64,000 nucleotides of DNA from an uncultured Chromatiales bacterium (GTDB lineage Bacteria > Pseudomonadota > Gammaproteobacteria > DATFLL01): NCBI GenBank assembly GCA_964561765.1, contig CAZLQI010000009.1, positions 37,266 through 101,265 of the forward strand. The letters are read 5' to 3'. The position numbers were made by a program, and so were the translations under genes. The notes beneath the pieces were generated by a model. The model saw only the letters and a program-made list of their open reading frames with translations, made no database searches and was not told where the DNA came from. The number at the start of each line of letters is the position of its first letter. The first letter of the stretch is position 1. Positions 30,589 through 40,479 of this stretch are shown here, in pieces.

Positions 30589-31443
30589 ATGAAGTTTATC
30601 GTTGGTTCTTTGATCGTTGCGGGCTCGGTCTTTGGTGGCTATATACTATCGAGTGGGAAATTGGCGGCGCTGTTTCAGCCATTCGAGTTATTGATCATCG
30701 CCGGTGGTGCGACCGGAGCCTTCGTGATCTCCAACCCCGGCAAAGTATTGAAGGATGTCCTCAAGGCCATTCCCAGCCTCCTTGCCGGTGCCAAGTACAA
30801 CAAAAAGTCCTATCTTGATCTGCTGACGATGATGTACGCATTGTTTGCCAAGGCACGCAAGGAAGGGTTGATGGCGCTGGAAAATGATATCGAAGAGCCT
30901 GAGCAGAGCGAGATTTTCAATCAGTATTCCAAGATAGTAAAGGACCATCATGTGATGAACTTCATCACCGATTACCTGCGGTTGATGGTCGGTGGCAGTA
31001 TGAACGCCTTCGAATTGGAAAACCTCATGGATGTCGAGATGGAGACCCACCATCACGAGGCCGAGCAGCCTGCCACCGCGATTACACGTGCTGCTGACGG
31101 CCTGCCGGGGTTCGGCATTGTCGCCGCCGTGATGGGGGTGGTGATCACTATGGGCTATATCAGTGAGCCCCCCGAAGTGTTGGGCCACCATATCGCCGCC
31201 GCCTTGGTGGGTACTTTTCTGGGTATCCTGCTGGCCTATGGCTTCGTCGGCCCGATGGGTACGGCAATAGAGCACAAGTCGCAAGAAGAAGCCAAGTTCA
31301 TGGAGTGCGCGAAGGTATGCATACTCGCCACGCTCAATGGTTATACACCGCAGATTGCCGTCGAGTTTGGTCGCAAGGTGATCTACAGCAAGGACAGACC
31401 GGGTTTTACAGAGCTGGAAGAGCACATCAAACAGAATAAATAA
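30589..31443 (+). CDS. motA: flagellar stator protein MotA (PomA-like)
   Basis: 284 aa, four TM helices, MotA/TolQ/ExbB family with a conserved cytoplasmic loop. Confidence 0.9.
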   Translation: MKFIVGSLIVAGSVFGGYILSSGKLAALFQPFELLIIAGGATGAFVISNPGKVLKDVLKAIPSLLAGAKYNKKSYLDLLTMMYALFAKARKEGLMALENDIEEPEQSEIFNQYSKIVKDHHVMNFITDYLRLMVGGSMNAFELENLMDVEMETHHHEAEQPATAITRAADGLPGFGIVAAVMGVVITMGYISEPPEVLGHHIAAALVGTFLGILLAYGFVGPMGTAIEHKSQEEAKFMECAKVCILATLNGYTPQIAVEFGRKVIYSKDRPGFTELEEHIKQNK

Positions 31444-31518
31444 TTCGGAGCATGGTTCGAGCAGACCGACGCGGGGGAATGCTCCGCTCCCGCTCCCGCA
31501 CAGGCATGTTGCAGGCAT

Positions 31519-32508
31519 ATGGACGACAAGAAACAACCCATTGTCATCAAACGCATCAAGAAGGGCGGTCATGCTGCGCATGGCGGTGCCTGGAAGGTGG
31601 CCTATGCCGATTTCGTGACTGCGATGATGGCGTTTTTTCTGCTCATGTGGTTGCTTGGTTCCACGACCAAGGCGCAAAAACGCGGTATCTCCGACTGGTT
31701 CCAGAATCCCACCGGGATACAGGGGCCGGGTGGAGCGAGTACCAGCATGATCCAGCTGGGCGGCACCATGGACATGCCGACCGGTGAAGGAAAAAAGACC
31801 AATAAGGAATCGCCTTCCAATAATAAGGCTAGGCAGCGGGTGCTCATCGCGGAGAAGGCGCTGGACAAACGCCGCCTTGATGCACTGATGCAGCAGATCA
31901 AGAAGGCCATTGACAAGAGCCAGGCACTCAAGCCCTTCAAGGATCAGCTATTGCTCGACATTACCCCCGAAGGCCTGCGTATCCAAATCGTGGACAAGGA
32001 AAATCGTCCCATGTTTGACAGTGGCAGTCCCAAGCTGAAGTGGTACACCACGGAGATCCTCCACGAGATTGGCAAGACCATTAATCAGGTGCCGAACAAG
32101 ATATCGATCACCGGGCATACCGATGCGACGCCCTACAGCAATGCAGTTCATGATTACACGAACTGGGAGTTGTCGGCGGATCGTGCCAATGCTGCTCGCC
32201 GGGCACTGATTGCCGGTGGGATGAATCCAGACAAGGTTGCCCAGGTGGTGGGCCTGGCTTCGACGGTCTTGTTCGATAAGGCTAATCCCTTCAGTCCGAT
32301 AAACCGGCGTATCAGCATTATCGTGATGAATAAGGCGACGGAAAAGGCGATACGCAAGCAGGGCAGAGGGCAGTCGGTGCCTACCCCTAGGCTTGCGGCA
32401 CCCAGTGTTCCCCCTGGTGCGAAAGCGCCTGGAGCGACGCCGGCTCCAGGCGCAGCGGCGCCCGCATTAACGCCCATATTGCCACCGATTAAATTGCCAT
32501 CGCCCTGA
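31519..32508 (+). CDS. motB: flagellar stator protein MotB with OmpA-like PG-binding domain
   Basis: N-terminal TM with the conserved Asp (VAYADFVTAMMAFFLLMWL) and a C-terminal OmpA domain (ITGHTDATPY..NWELSADRANAARRAL). Confidence 0.9.
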   Translation: MDDKKQPIVIKRIKKGGHAAHGGAWKVAYADFVTAMMAFFLLMWLLGSTTKAQKRGISDWFQNPTGIQGPGGASTSMIQLGGTMDMPTGEGKKTNKESPSNNKARQRVLIAEKALDKRRLDALMQQIKKAIDKSQALKPFKDQLLLDITPEGLRIQIVDKENRPMFDSGSPKLKWYTTEILHEIGKTINQVPNKISITGHTDATPYSNAVHDYTNWELSADRANAARRALIAGGMNPDKVAQVVGLASTVLFDKANPFSPINRRISIIVMNKATEKAIRKQGRGQSVPTPRLAAPSVPPGAKAPGATPAPGAAAPALTPILPPIKLPSP

Positions 32509-32525
32509 GTTTTTCGCACCACTTT

Positions 32526-33536
32526 TCAGACGCTCAAGCTATCCACAATGCAGTGATAACTTTCCAGGCGACGAGGGCTGGCACGGCCTGCGTCCACGGC
32601 CGCACGCACGGCGCAACCCGGTTCCTGGCGATGTCTGCAGTTACGAAAGCGACATAAACCACGCAGTGGACGGAATTCGGGGAACCCCTCAAAGGCCTGT
32701 TGTGGTGAAACATTCCAGAGCCCGAATTCACGGATTCCCGGAGAGTCGATGATGGCACCTGACTTCGACAGGCGGTAGAGCAGGGAGGTTGTGGTGGTAT
32801 GACGCCCCTGGTCGGAGTGTGTTGATATGGCACCGATGCGGGCATTGGCCTCAGGCAGCAGGGCATTGATGAGCGAGGATTTGCCCACTCCGGACTGGCC
32901 GACAAAGATGCTGGTGTGTCCGTGCAGGTGGGTGTGCAGGGTGTCAAGTCCGTGTCGCTGGCATGTGCTTGCATAGAGAAGGGTGTAATCGAGCCGGTGG
33001 TATTCATCAAGGCTGTGTTCGAGCGCCACGCGTTCATCCGCATTGAGCAAGTCGATTTTATTGATCAGAATGAGGGGAGTGATGCCGGTGATCTCAGCCG
33101 CCAGCAGGTAGCGGTCAATGAGTGGTAACTGGATGCCTGGACGCGGTGCCACTACGATAAATATCTGCCCGATATTTGCTGCGATCGGTTTCATCTGCCC
33201 TTCCCGATCGGGGCGGGCAAGCAGGGTTTGCCTCGGGGTGAGGGCCACCACCACACCGTCGCCGTTGCGGGCCCTCTGCCAGATGATCCGATCGCCGCTT
33301 ACCATGGGGCTGAGGTTTTGGCGCAACAGGCAGCGATGGTGTGCGCCCATTGCGTCCTCGACGAGGACATAGGCCCCGTAGCGTGCCAGCAGGGTGCCGG
33401 TTTGCTCCGGGTACAGTGCTTGGTCACTGGGTCCTTCCTGTAGACGTACGGCTTTGCGCGCGGCCCGAGTCAGCCGTTCTTCCTGTATTTTTTCGATACG
33501 CCAGCGCTGGCGTCGACTCAGTTTACGTGAGGCCAT
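32526..33536 (-). CDS. rsgA: ribosome small-subunit-dependent GTPase A
   Basis: OB fold, GTPase motifs (FVGQSGVGKSSLINAL, DSPGIREF) and a C-terminal zinc finger CRFRNCRHRQEPGC. Confidence 0.9.
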   Translation of the reverse strand: MASRKLSRRQRWRIEKIQEERLTRAARKAVRLQEGPSDQALYPEQTGTLLARYGAYVLVEDAMGAHHRCLLRQNLSPMVSGDRIIWQRARNGDGVVVALTPRQTLLARPDREGQMKPIAANIGQIFIVVAPRPGIQLPLIDRYLLAAEITGITPLILINKIDLLNADERVALEHSLDEYHRLDYTLLYASTCQRHGLDTLHTHLHGHTSIFVGQSGVGKSSLINALLPEANARIGAISTHSDQGRHTTTTSLLYRLSKSGAIIDSPGIREFGLWNVSPQQAFEGFPEFRPLRGLCRFRNCRHRQEPGCAVRAAVDAGRASPRRLESYHCIVDSLSV

Positions 33537-33610
33537 GCAGTCAGCGCGTGGGCCGGGAACGGCCGTTGGTGTGACGTCATGGCGCACCTCATGGCGTGGA
33601 TACCGGTCGT

Positions 33611-34846
33611 TTAGCCAACAGATGCGCGACGCGCACCGAGGCGGGGCGGATGGGAGTCGTGAAAGGCTGAGTATAGCGGGTCCGGTGTCAGGGTGCTGGC
33701 ATTGTCACGATACAGTTTGACCAGGGCGCGAACCAGGGTGCCGGCATCGGTTTGTTCGACGGCAAAATCGTCTGCCTCGAATTCGTGCCGACGTTGAGAG
33801 GCCGCGAGCAGAGGTTGGAGGAAAAAGGTGAACACCGGGGCGATCATCAGAAACAGGAGCAGGGCCATGTGCTGGGAGGCACGGGTGACCCCCAGGCCAT
33901 GGTAGAACCAACCCTGGGTGGCCAGCCAGCCAAGCAGGGCAAGGCCAAGCAGGCTCATGAGGGCCATGATCAGCAGGCGTTTCTGCACATGGCGACGACG
34001 AAAGTGTCCGAGTTCATGCGCCAGGACGGCCTCGACCTCGGTGGGCTCCAGGGTCTGGAGCAGAGTGTCGAAGAACACGATACGCTTGTTGGCGCCGAAA
34101 CCGGTGAAATAGGCATTGCCGTGACTGGAACGCCGTGAGCCATCCATGATGAAAACTCCCTGGCTGGTAAAACCGCAGCGCACGAGTAGATGCTCGATGC
34201 GGTTCCTCAGACCGGTATCCTCCAGGGGCTTGAAGCGGTTGAATAGTGGGGCGATGAAGGCGGGGTAGGCCCAGAGCATGAGCAGACTGAAACCCATCCA
34301 GACCAGCCAGACCCATACCCACCAGAACGGTCCGGTGTGGTGCATCAGCCACAGTACCAGCCAGATGAGTGGGGCGCCGATGAGCACACTGAGCAGCACC
34401 TGCTTGAACAGATCGGTGATGAACAGGGCCGGTCGGGTATGGTTGAAGCCGAAACGTTGTTCGATGCTGAAGGTCCGGTAGAGATCGAGCGGCAGGCTGA
34501 TCAAACCGGCAATGAGCAGGACGCTCAACACCACAGCGGTGGCGCTGAGCAGCGGAGACAAGCCGCTGGTCTGCCAGGCCCGGTCCAGGACATTGAGACC
34601 ACCGCCCAGCGTCCAGCCGAGCAGGATGAGGGCGCCAAAGACGGTGTCGAACATCGCGAAGCTGGCCCTGGCCTGGGTGTAGTCTGCCGCGCGTTGGTGC
34701 GATTGTGGTTCGATCTTGCCGAGAAAGGCCTCGGGCACAGTGGCGCGGTGTGCCAGTACGTGCCGGCGCTGTCGGTACAGCAGCCACAGTTGGGTCGTGC
34801 CTTGAATAATCACGGCGGCAATGAAGATAAGGCTGAAAAGGTCCAT
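33611..34846 (-). CDS. M48-family zinc metallopeptidase (Ste24/HtpX-like), membrane-bound
   Basis: Multiple N-terminal TM helices plus HEXXH (LAHELGHFRRRH) and a downstream Glu (EFEADDFA). Confidence 0.8.
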   Translation of the reverse strand: MDLFSLIFIAAVIIQGTTQLWLLYRQRRHVLAHRATVPEAFLGKIEPQSHQRAADYTQARASFAMFDTVFGALILLGWTLGGGLNVLDRAWQTSGLSPLLSATAVVLSVLLIAGLISLPLDLYRTFSIEQRFGFNHTRPALFITDLFKQVLLSVLIGAPLIWLVLWLMHHTGPFWWVWVWLVWMGFSLLMLWAYPAFIAPLFNRFKPLEDTGLRNRIEHLLVRCGFTSQGVFIMDGSRRSSHGNAYFTGFGANKRIVFFDTLLQTLEPTEVEAVLAHELGHFRRRHVQKRLLIMALMSLLGLALLGWLATQGWFYHGLGVTRASQHMALLLFLMIAPVFTFFLQPLLAASQRRHEFEADDFAVEQTDAGTLVRALVKLYRDNASTLTPDPLYSAFHDSHPPRLGARRASVG

Positions 34847-35132
34847 GTTTTTGCTCTGTTACGCGATCGACGGGCGCTGAGCGCGAACACCGCCAAGTGC
34901 AAACGTGTGAAAAGAGTCTGGCGGCGACCGGCCCGGACAGCGCAGGGTAGCCTTTGGTAGAATGCTTGGCAAGTCGCTGGCACACAGCTACTGCGGCCAT
35001 GCAGGCACCGGTGATGTGCCCTGCGCGCGGGCACGGGACCGGTATGGGGAGGGTATTGCCCGTGCTTGCGCCCAGGGTCAAATGAAAACCGGTTAACATC
35101 AACTGCATTCAACTAACTATAAGGAATGACGC

Positions 35133-35684
35133 ATGCCCCAGGACGCGATGAATCTCATCTGGATCGATCTTGAAATGACCGGTCTGGATACACAGGCGGA
35201 TTTGATTATCGAGATTGCCACCAGCGTGACAGATGCCCAGCTCAATGTGCTGGCGGAAGGACCGGTGGTGGCCATCCACCAGAGCGATGCTGTGCTCAAT
35301 GCCATGGATGCCTGGAACACGAATCAACATGGCAAGTCAGGACTGATTGAGCGTGTGCGCACCAGCCGCTGTGACGAGGCCGAGGCCGAACGCCAGACAT
35401 TGGCGTTTTTGTGCGAACATGTGCCGGCCAAGGCCTCACCGATGTGCGGTAACAGCATTTGTCAGGACCGGCGTTTCCTCGCCCGGTGTATGCCGAAGCT
35501 GGAGGCCTATTTCCATTACCGCAATCTCGATGTCAGCACGATCAAGGAACTGGCCCGGCGCTGGGCACCAAAGGTTTACAGCAGCTTCAATAAGCAGGGC
35601 GCTCACCTGGCACTCGATGATATCCGCGACTCCATTCTGGAACTGCAACACTACCGTGAACGGTTTATCCGCGTAGCGGAGTGA
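35133..35684 (+). CDS. orn: oligoribonuclease
   Basis: DEDDh exonuclease motifs ([13 protein letters not shown]-x4-D ...ALDDIRDS); 183 aa. Confidence 0.9.
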   Translation: MPQDAMNLIWIDLEMTGLDTQADLIIEIATSVTDAQLNVLAEGPVVAIHQSDAVLNAMDAWNTNQHGKSGLIERVRTSRCDEAEAERQTLAFLCEHVPAKASPMCGNSICQDRRFLARCMPKLEAYFHYRNLDVSTIKELARRWAPKVYSSFNKQGAHLALDDIRDSILELQHYRERFIRVAE

Positions 35685-36019
35685 ATCGGTTTTCCCGATA
35701 CGGTCACGCTGGCAGGCACATCTGCCCACATCAACGAGCGGGTGCAGGCACACCACGGCTGAGCGATTACGTTCCTGCGGGTTAGTCGTGGCGCGGATTC
35801 GCATCCTCTGGACGGCTCTTCTGCCGTCGTCTTTACTCTCCATGATTCTGTACAGAACACCCATTACGCACGGATAAGGGGGGGACACGTTGCAGCGGGT
35901 GTCGATCCGGCACGGATACTCGTCATATTTTCGCCGGTATCATCGGGCGACAGCAGTCAAATCTCCGACACTTTGCTTTTGTCGGTTTTTATCTTGTTGA
36001 TTAATAGATCTAAAATAGA

Positions 36020-36035
36020 TGGCACGTGTTTTGCT
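36020..36035 (+). promoter_or_regulatory. sigma-54 (-24/-12) promoter TGGCACgtgttTTGCT upstream of fliL
   Basis: Canonical GG-N10-GC spacing about 40 nt upstream of the fliL ATG; matches the FleQ/FleR-dependent class of polar flagellar promoters. Confidence 0.55.
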
Positions 36036-36075
36036 GTTTGGTCTCTGACGTCAGTTTGATTCCGGAGTATACAAC

Positions 36076-36582
36076 ATGGCAAAAGACGATACTGAACTGG
36101 ATACCACTGCCCCCAGTGGGTCCGGCAAGAAAAAACTTATCCTGATCATCGTGCTCGTTGTGGCGCTGGTGGGGGTGTCGGTCGGGGCGACGTTGTTTCT
36201 GACCGGTGCCCTCGGTGGTGGCAAGGCGCATCCTGGCAAAAAAGCAGAAACGGCACAGATCAAGCCGACATTGTATTTACCGCTTGATCCCACCTTTGTG
36301 GTCAATTTCGAAAATCAGAGCATGGCGCGTTATCTGCAAGTGAAGTTACAGATTATGGCCCGATCAAAGGCTGCGCTCAACGCCGTGCAGTCGCAGATGC
36401 CGGTGATTCGTAACAATATTCTGCTCCTGCTCAGCAGCCAGCGCTACGCGCAGGTCAGTACCAGTGCGGGTAAGGATAAACTGCGCCAGGCCATCCTTGA
36501 CTCCATCAACAAGGTGCTGCACGACGCGGGCAGCAAGGAACACATCACGGCGGTGTACTTCACCGGCTTCGTGATGCAATAG
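36076..36582 (+). CDS. fliL: flagellar basal body-associated protein FliL
   Basis: Single N-terminal TM (LILIIVLVVALVGVSVGATLFL) plus the FliL periplasmic domain; precedes fliM. Confidence 0.85.
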   Translation: MAKDDTELDTTAPSGSGKKKLILIIVLVVALVGVSVGATLFLTGALGGGKAHPGKKAETAQIKPTLYLPLDPTFVVNFENQSMARYLQVKLQIMARSKAALNAVQSQMPVIRNNILLLLSSQRYAQVSTSAGKDKLRQAILDSINKVLHDAGSKEHITAVYFTGFVMQ

Positions 36583-36594
36583 GAGGACGCGTGC

Positions 36595-37575
36595 ATGGCC
36601 GTCAATGATCTGCTGAGCCAGGACGAGATCGATGCACTGTTACACGGGGTCGATTCGGGTGATGTCGAGACTGAGGTCGATGAGGTCGAGGCCGGACAGG
36701 CGCGTAGCTACGATTTCAACAGTCAGGATCGTATCGTGCGTGGGCGTATGCCCACGTTGGAGATGATCAATGAGCGTTTCGCGCGCCATATCCGTATCAG
36801 CATGTTCAATCTATTGCGCCGCAGTGCCGAGATATCGGTCGGTGGGGTGCAGATGCTCAAGTTTTCCGAGTACCTACATAACCTGTTTGTGCCGACCAGC
36901 CTGAATATCGTCAAGGTACGGCCCTTGCGGGGGGTGGCGTTGTTCGTGCTCGATCCCAAGTTGGTGTTTATTCTCGTCGATAATTTTTTTGGTGGTGACG
37001 GGCGGTTTCACGCCAAGATCGAAGGCCGCGAATTCACGACTACCGAGCAGCGCGTGATCACGATGATCCTGGAACTGGCATTTAAGGATTTGAAAGAGGC
37101 ATGGAAGCCGGTGCTCGACGTGGATTTTGATTATGTCAACTCGGAGGTCAACCCGCAGTTCGCCAATATCGTTAGTCCCACAGAGGTGGTGGTGGTTAGT
37201 ACCTTTCATATCGAACTCGACGGTGGCGGTGGCGATCTGCACGTGACCATGCCCTATTCCATGGTTGAACCGATCCGCGATCTGCTCGATGCCGGCATTC
37301 AAAGTGATCGCGCCGAGAAGGACGATCGCTGGACCAATGCCCTGCGCGATGAGATCAAGGCGGCGGAGGTCGAACTGAGTTCGGTGCTGACCCAGACTAC
37401 GGTCTCGCTGCGCGAGATTCTGAATATGAAACCGGGGGATGTGATTCCCATCGAATTGCCCAAAAAAGTGACTGTGCTGGCAGAGGACATTCCGGTGTTT
37501 CGCGGTCGCTACGGTGTATCACGCGGCAACATGGCGGTGAAGATTCTCGAACATGTCGAGCGTCCCAAAAACTGA
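36595..37575 (+). CDS. fliM: flagellar motor switch protein FliM
   Basis: N-terminal CheY-P binding peptide LSQDEIDALL, CheC-like middle domain and SpoA C-terminus. Confidence 0.95.
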   Translation: MAVNDLLSQDEIDALLHGVDSGDVETEVDEVEAGQARSYDFNSQDRIVRGRMPTLEMINERFARHIRISMFNLLRRSAEISVGGVQMLKFSEYLHNLFVPTSLNIVKVRPLRGVALFVLDPKLVFILVDNFFGGDGRFHAKIEGREFTTTEQRVITMILELAFKDLKEAWKPVLDVDFDYVNSEVNPQFANIVSPTEVVVVSTFHIELDGGGGDLHVTMPYSMVEPIRDLLDAGIQSDRAEKDDRWTNALRDEIKAAEVELSSVLTQTTVSLREILNMKPGDVIPIELPKKVTVLAEDIPVFRGRYGVSRGNMAVKILEHVERPKN

Positions 37576-37616
37576 TTCGAACACGGCGTTTTTACCCGAG
37601 AAACGGGAGTATACCC

Positions 37617-38081
37617 ATGAGTGACGAGACGACAGAAGACACGCCGGCCGGTGGCGAGGCGGTGGATGAGTGGGCCGAGGCCATGGCTGAACAAGCGACT
37701 GATGAGGCGACTGAACAGGCGAGCGAGACCGTTCAGACAGGGAGTGACAGCGCGGCGGGTGGTGAGATTGCCGCTGCGGGTTTCGACAGTCTGGTGGACG
37801 AGGGTGTGCCGGGTGATGCAGAGGTCAACCTGGACGTGATTCTGGATATTCCAGTCACCATTTCCATGGAGATTGGTCGCAGCAGAATTAACATTCGTAA
37901 TCTGCTTCAGCTCAATCAGGGTTCGGTCATTGAACTCGACCGATTGGCCGGTGAGCCCATGGACGTACTGGTCAATGGCACCCTTATCGCACACGGTGAG
38001 GTCGTGGTCGTGAACGAGAAATTCGGTATCCGTCTCACCGATGTGATCAGTCCGGTCGAGCGCGTGAAGAAATTAAAATGA
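37617..38081 (+). CDS. fliN: flagellar motor switch protein FliN
   Basis: Acidic N-terminus plus a C-terminal SpoA domain (ILDIPVTISMEIGRSRINIRNLLQLNQGSVIELD). Confidence 0.9.
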   Translation: MSDETTEDTPAGGEAVDEWAEAMAEQATDEATEQASETVQTGSDSAAGGEIAAAGFDSLVDEGVPGDAEVNLDVILDIPVTISMEIGRSRINIRNLLQLNQGSVIELDRLAGEPMDVLVNGTLIAHGEVVVVNEKFGIRLTDVISPVERVKKLK

Positions 38082-38106
38082 ACGCGGTCCAGGTGAATTA
38101 GGCGCC

Positions 38107-38616
38107 ATGATGCTGTTTAAACGTATCCTCATGCCGATCTTGTGCCTCGGTCTAAACTGGCCGTTGGCGGCGTCTGCGAGTGCATCGGTCACGGATAAGG
38201 TGGTTTCGGGCAGCCGTGTGGGTGGTGTCGCGCAGGCGGCGTTGGTTGGACAGGGGGTGGGTGGAGGCGAATACCTTCAAGTCTTTCTTGGTCTGTTCCT
38301 GGTGGTGGGTCTGATCATTGCGTTGGCTTGGGTGGCCCGCCGTTTCGGGCGCTTTAATGTGGCGGGGGCCGGTGCTCTGCGTATCCTGGGCGGATTGTCG
38401 ATGGGGCAACGCGAGCGTGTCGTATTGATCCAGGTGGGCGAACAACAGATCCTGCTGGGTGTCGCGCCAGGACGGGTGCAGACCCTGCACGTGCTGACAC
38501 AACCGATCACCTCGTCTGCGGCCAACACGGGGTTAGACCGCGGTGGCGCATCGGGCAGTGGCCCGCGTTTTGCCGAACGACTCAGTGCCGTACTCAAGCG
38601 GGGGCTACGCCCGTGA
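38107..38616 (+). CDS. fliO: flagellar biosynthesis protein FliO
   Basis: Signal-like N-terminus and a single TM ([24 protein letters not shown]); position between fliN and fliP. Confidence 0.75.
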   Translation: MMLFKRILMPILCLGLNWPLAASASASVTDKVVSGSRVGGVAQAALVGQGVGGGEYLQVFLGLFLVVGLIIALAWVARRFGRFNVAGAGALRILGGLSMGQRERVVLIQVGEQQILLGVAPGRVQTLHVLTQPITSSAANTGLDRGGASGSGPRFAERLSAVLKRGLRP

Positions 38617-39404
38617 CGAGATTTATATCGGTATCGTTACTGCCACCAGTGAGCGCGCGCCGGGGAATACAATGTGTACTGGTGTTGTTGCTGGCATTGT
38701 TGCCAATCGGTGTGGCGCTAGCCGCGCCGGGGCTGCCTGCGGTGACGGTAACCAGCAATGGTGATGGTAGCCAGACGTACTCGCTGAGCCTGCAGGTCCT
38801 GGGCCTGATGACGGCGCTGACACTGTTGCCCGCAGCGTTGCTGATGATGACCGCCTTTACCCGCATCATCATTGTCTTGTCCATCCTGCGCCAGGCACTG
38901 GGACTGACACAGACACCGTCATCGCAGATATTGATTGGACTGGCCCTGTTTCTGACTTTCTTCATCATGGCGCCGGTATTCAACCGGATTAACAGCACGG
39001 CCCTGCAGCCCTACATAAAAAACCAGATTTCGCTCCAACAGGCGATAACCAATGCAAGCCTGCCGTTGCGCGGCTTCATGTTGAAGCAGACCCGCAAACC
39101 CGATTTGAGTATGTTTGCCAAGATCAGCGGTCAGGGCAAGATTGCCTCGCCGGACAAGGTGCCGTTCTCGTTGTTGGTGCCGGCGTTTGTCACCAGTGAG
39201 TTGAAGACGGCATTCCAGATAGGTTTCCTGTTGTTCATCCCCTTTATGATCATCGACCTCGTCGTGGCCAGTGTATTGATGGCCATGGGCATGCTGATGC
39301 TCTCACCGATGATCATCTCGCTGCCGTTCAAGATCATGTTGTTCGTGTTGGTCAATGGCTGGACGCTGGTGTTGGGGACGCTGGCCTCGAGTTTTTACAG
39401 ATGA
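38613..39404 (+). CDS. fliP: flagellar export apparatus protein FliP
   Basis: Signal peptide plus conserved FliP TM domains; overlaps the fliO stop. Confidence 0.95.
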   Translation: MTRFISVSLLPPVSARRGIQCVLVLLLALLPIGVALAAPGLPAVTVTSNGDGSQTYSLSLQVLGLMTALTLLPAALLMMTAFTRIIIVLSILRQALGLTQTPSSQILIGLALFLTFFIMAPVFNRINSTALQPYIKNQISLQQAITNASLPLRGFMLKQTRKPDLSMFAKISGQGKIASPDKVPFSLLVPAFVTSELKTAFQIGFLLFIPFMIIDLVVASVLMAMGMLMLSPMIISLPFKIMLFVLVNGWTLVLGTLASSFYR

Positions 39405-39426
39405 TGACAGTATAGGGAGAAGTGCG

Positions 39427-39696
39427 ATGAGTCCGGATAGTGTACTCAGTATTTTCCAACAGGCCTTGCATGTCATCTTGTTGCTAATCATCGTTATGCT
39501 GGTGCCGGCGTTGGTGGTCGGTCTGTTGGTGAGCATGTTCCAGGCAGCCACGCAGATCAACGAGCAGACCTTGAGTTTCATCCCCAAACTGCTCGTGACC
39601 TTGTTGACGCTGTTGCTGGCTGGCCCTTGGATGCTAAATCTTCTGGTGCAGTACACCGAGCGGTTAATTCACAACATCCCCTACCTTATCGGGTGA
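39427..39696 (+). CDS. fliQ: flagellar export apparatus protein FliQ
   Basis: 89 aa, two TM helices, MSPDSVLSIFQQALHVIL... typical of FliQ; start set at the internal ATG of the track ORF. Confidence 0.9.
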   Translation: MSPDSVLSIFQQALHVILLLIIVMLVPALVVGLLVSMFQAATQINEQTLSFIPKLLVTLLTLLLAGPWMLNLLVQYTERLIHNIPYLIG

Positions 39697-39699
39697 TGC

Positions 39700-40476
39700 A
39701 TGCACTTTACCAGCGCCGAGATCAACACCTGGGTCGGTGCCTTCATCTGGCCCTTCGTGCGTATTGCGGCCATGACTATGACCGCACCGCTGCTCAGTGC
39801 GCGCAGTGTACCGGTGCGTGTCCGCTTAGGTATCGCGTTGGCCATCACGTTGGTGGTGGCGCCGATGTTGCCGGCCATGCCACAGGTCGCCCCCTTCAGT
39901 GTGGCGGCGCTGTTGATTTTATTCCAGCAAATGCTCATCGGTATTATCTTTGGCTTCATAATCCAGCTCGTGTTCAGTGCGATCATCACCGCCGGACAGT
40001 TGATCGCCTTGCAAATGGGTTTGGGTTTTGCCGCCATGGTTGATCCCCAGAACGGCAAGCAGGTGCCGGTGGTCAGTCAGTTCTACCTGATGATGATGAC
40101 GCTGGTCTTCCTCGCCCTGAACGGTCATCTGATTCTTATTGAAGTGCTGGTGAACAGTTTCAAATTTATGCCGATTGCCAGTACTGGGCTGTTGCCGGCA
40201 AATTTCTGGCAACTCGCATTGTGGGGTGGACATGTCTTCTCCGGGGCGGTGAGTATTTCGTTGCCTGCGATTGCCTCACTGCTTATCGTCAATCTGGCCT
40301 TCGGCGTCATGACCCGTGCGGCACCGCAAATCAATATCTTCTCCATCGGTTTCCCGCTGACCATGCTGTTGGGCTTTGCCGTGATGTTAGTGACGCTGCC
40401 CAGTGCGTTGCCGCAGTCGGAACAGCTCTGGCGCGGTGCCTTTAATCTGTTGCGCGCACTGTCAGGGGGGGGCTGA
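39700..40476 (+). CDS. fliR: flagellar export apparatus protein FliR
   Basis: 258 aa polytopic membrane protein, FliR family; follows fliQ. Confidence 0.9.
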   Translation: MHFTSAEINTWVGAFIWPFVRIAAMTMTAPLLSARSVPVRVRLGIALAITLVVAPMLPAMPQVAPFSVAALLILFQQMLIGIIFGFIIQLVFSAIITAGQLIALQMGLGFAAMVDPQNGKQVPVVSQFYLMMMTLVFLALNGHLILIEVLVNSFKFMPIASTGLLPANFWQLALWGGHVFSGAVSISLPAIASLLIVNLAFGVMTRAAPQINIFSIGFPLTMLLGFAVMLVTLPSALPQSEQLWRGAFNLLRALSGGG

Positions 40477-40479
40477 GCC

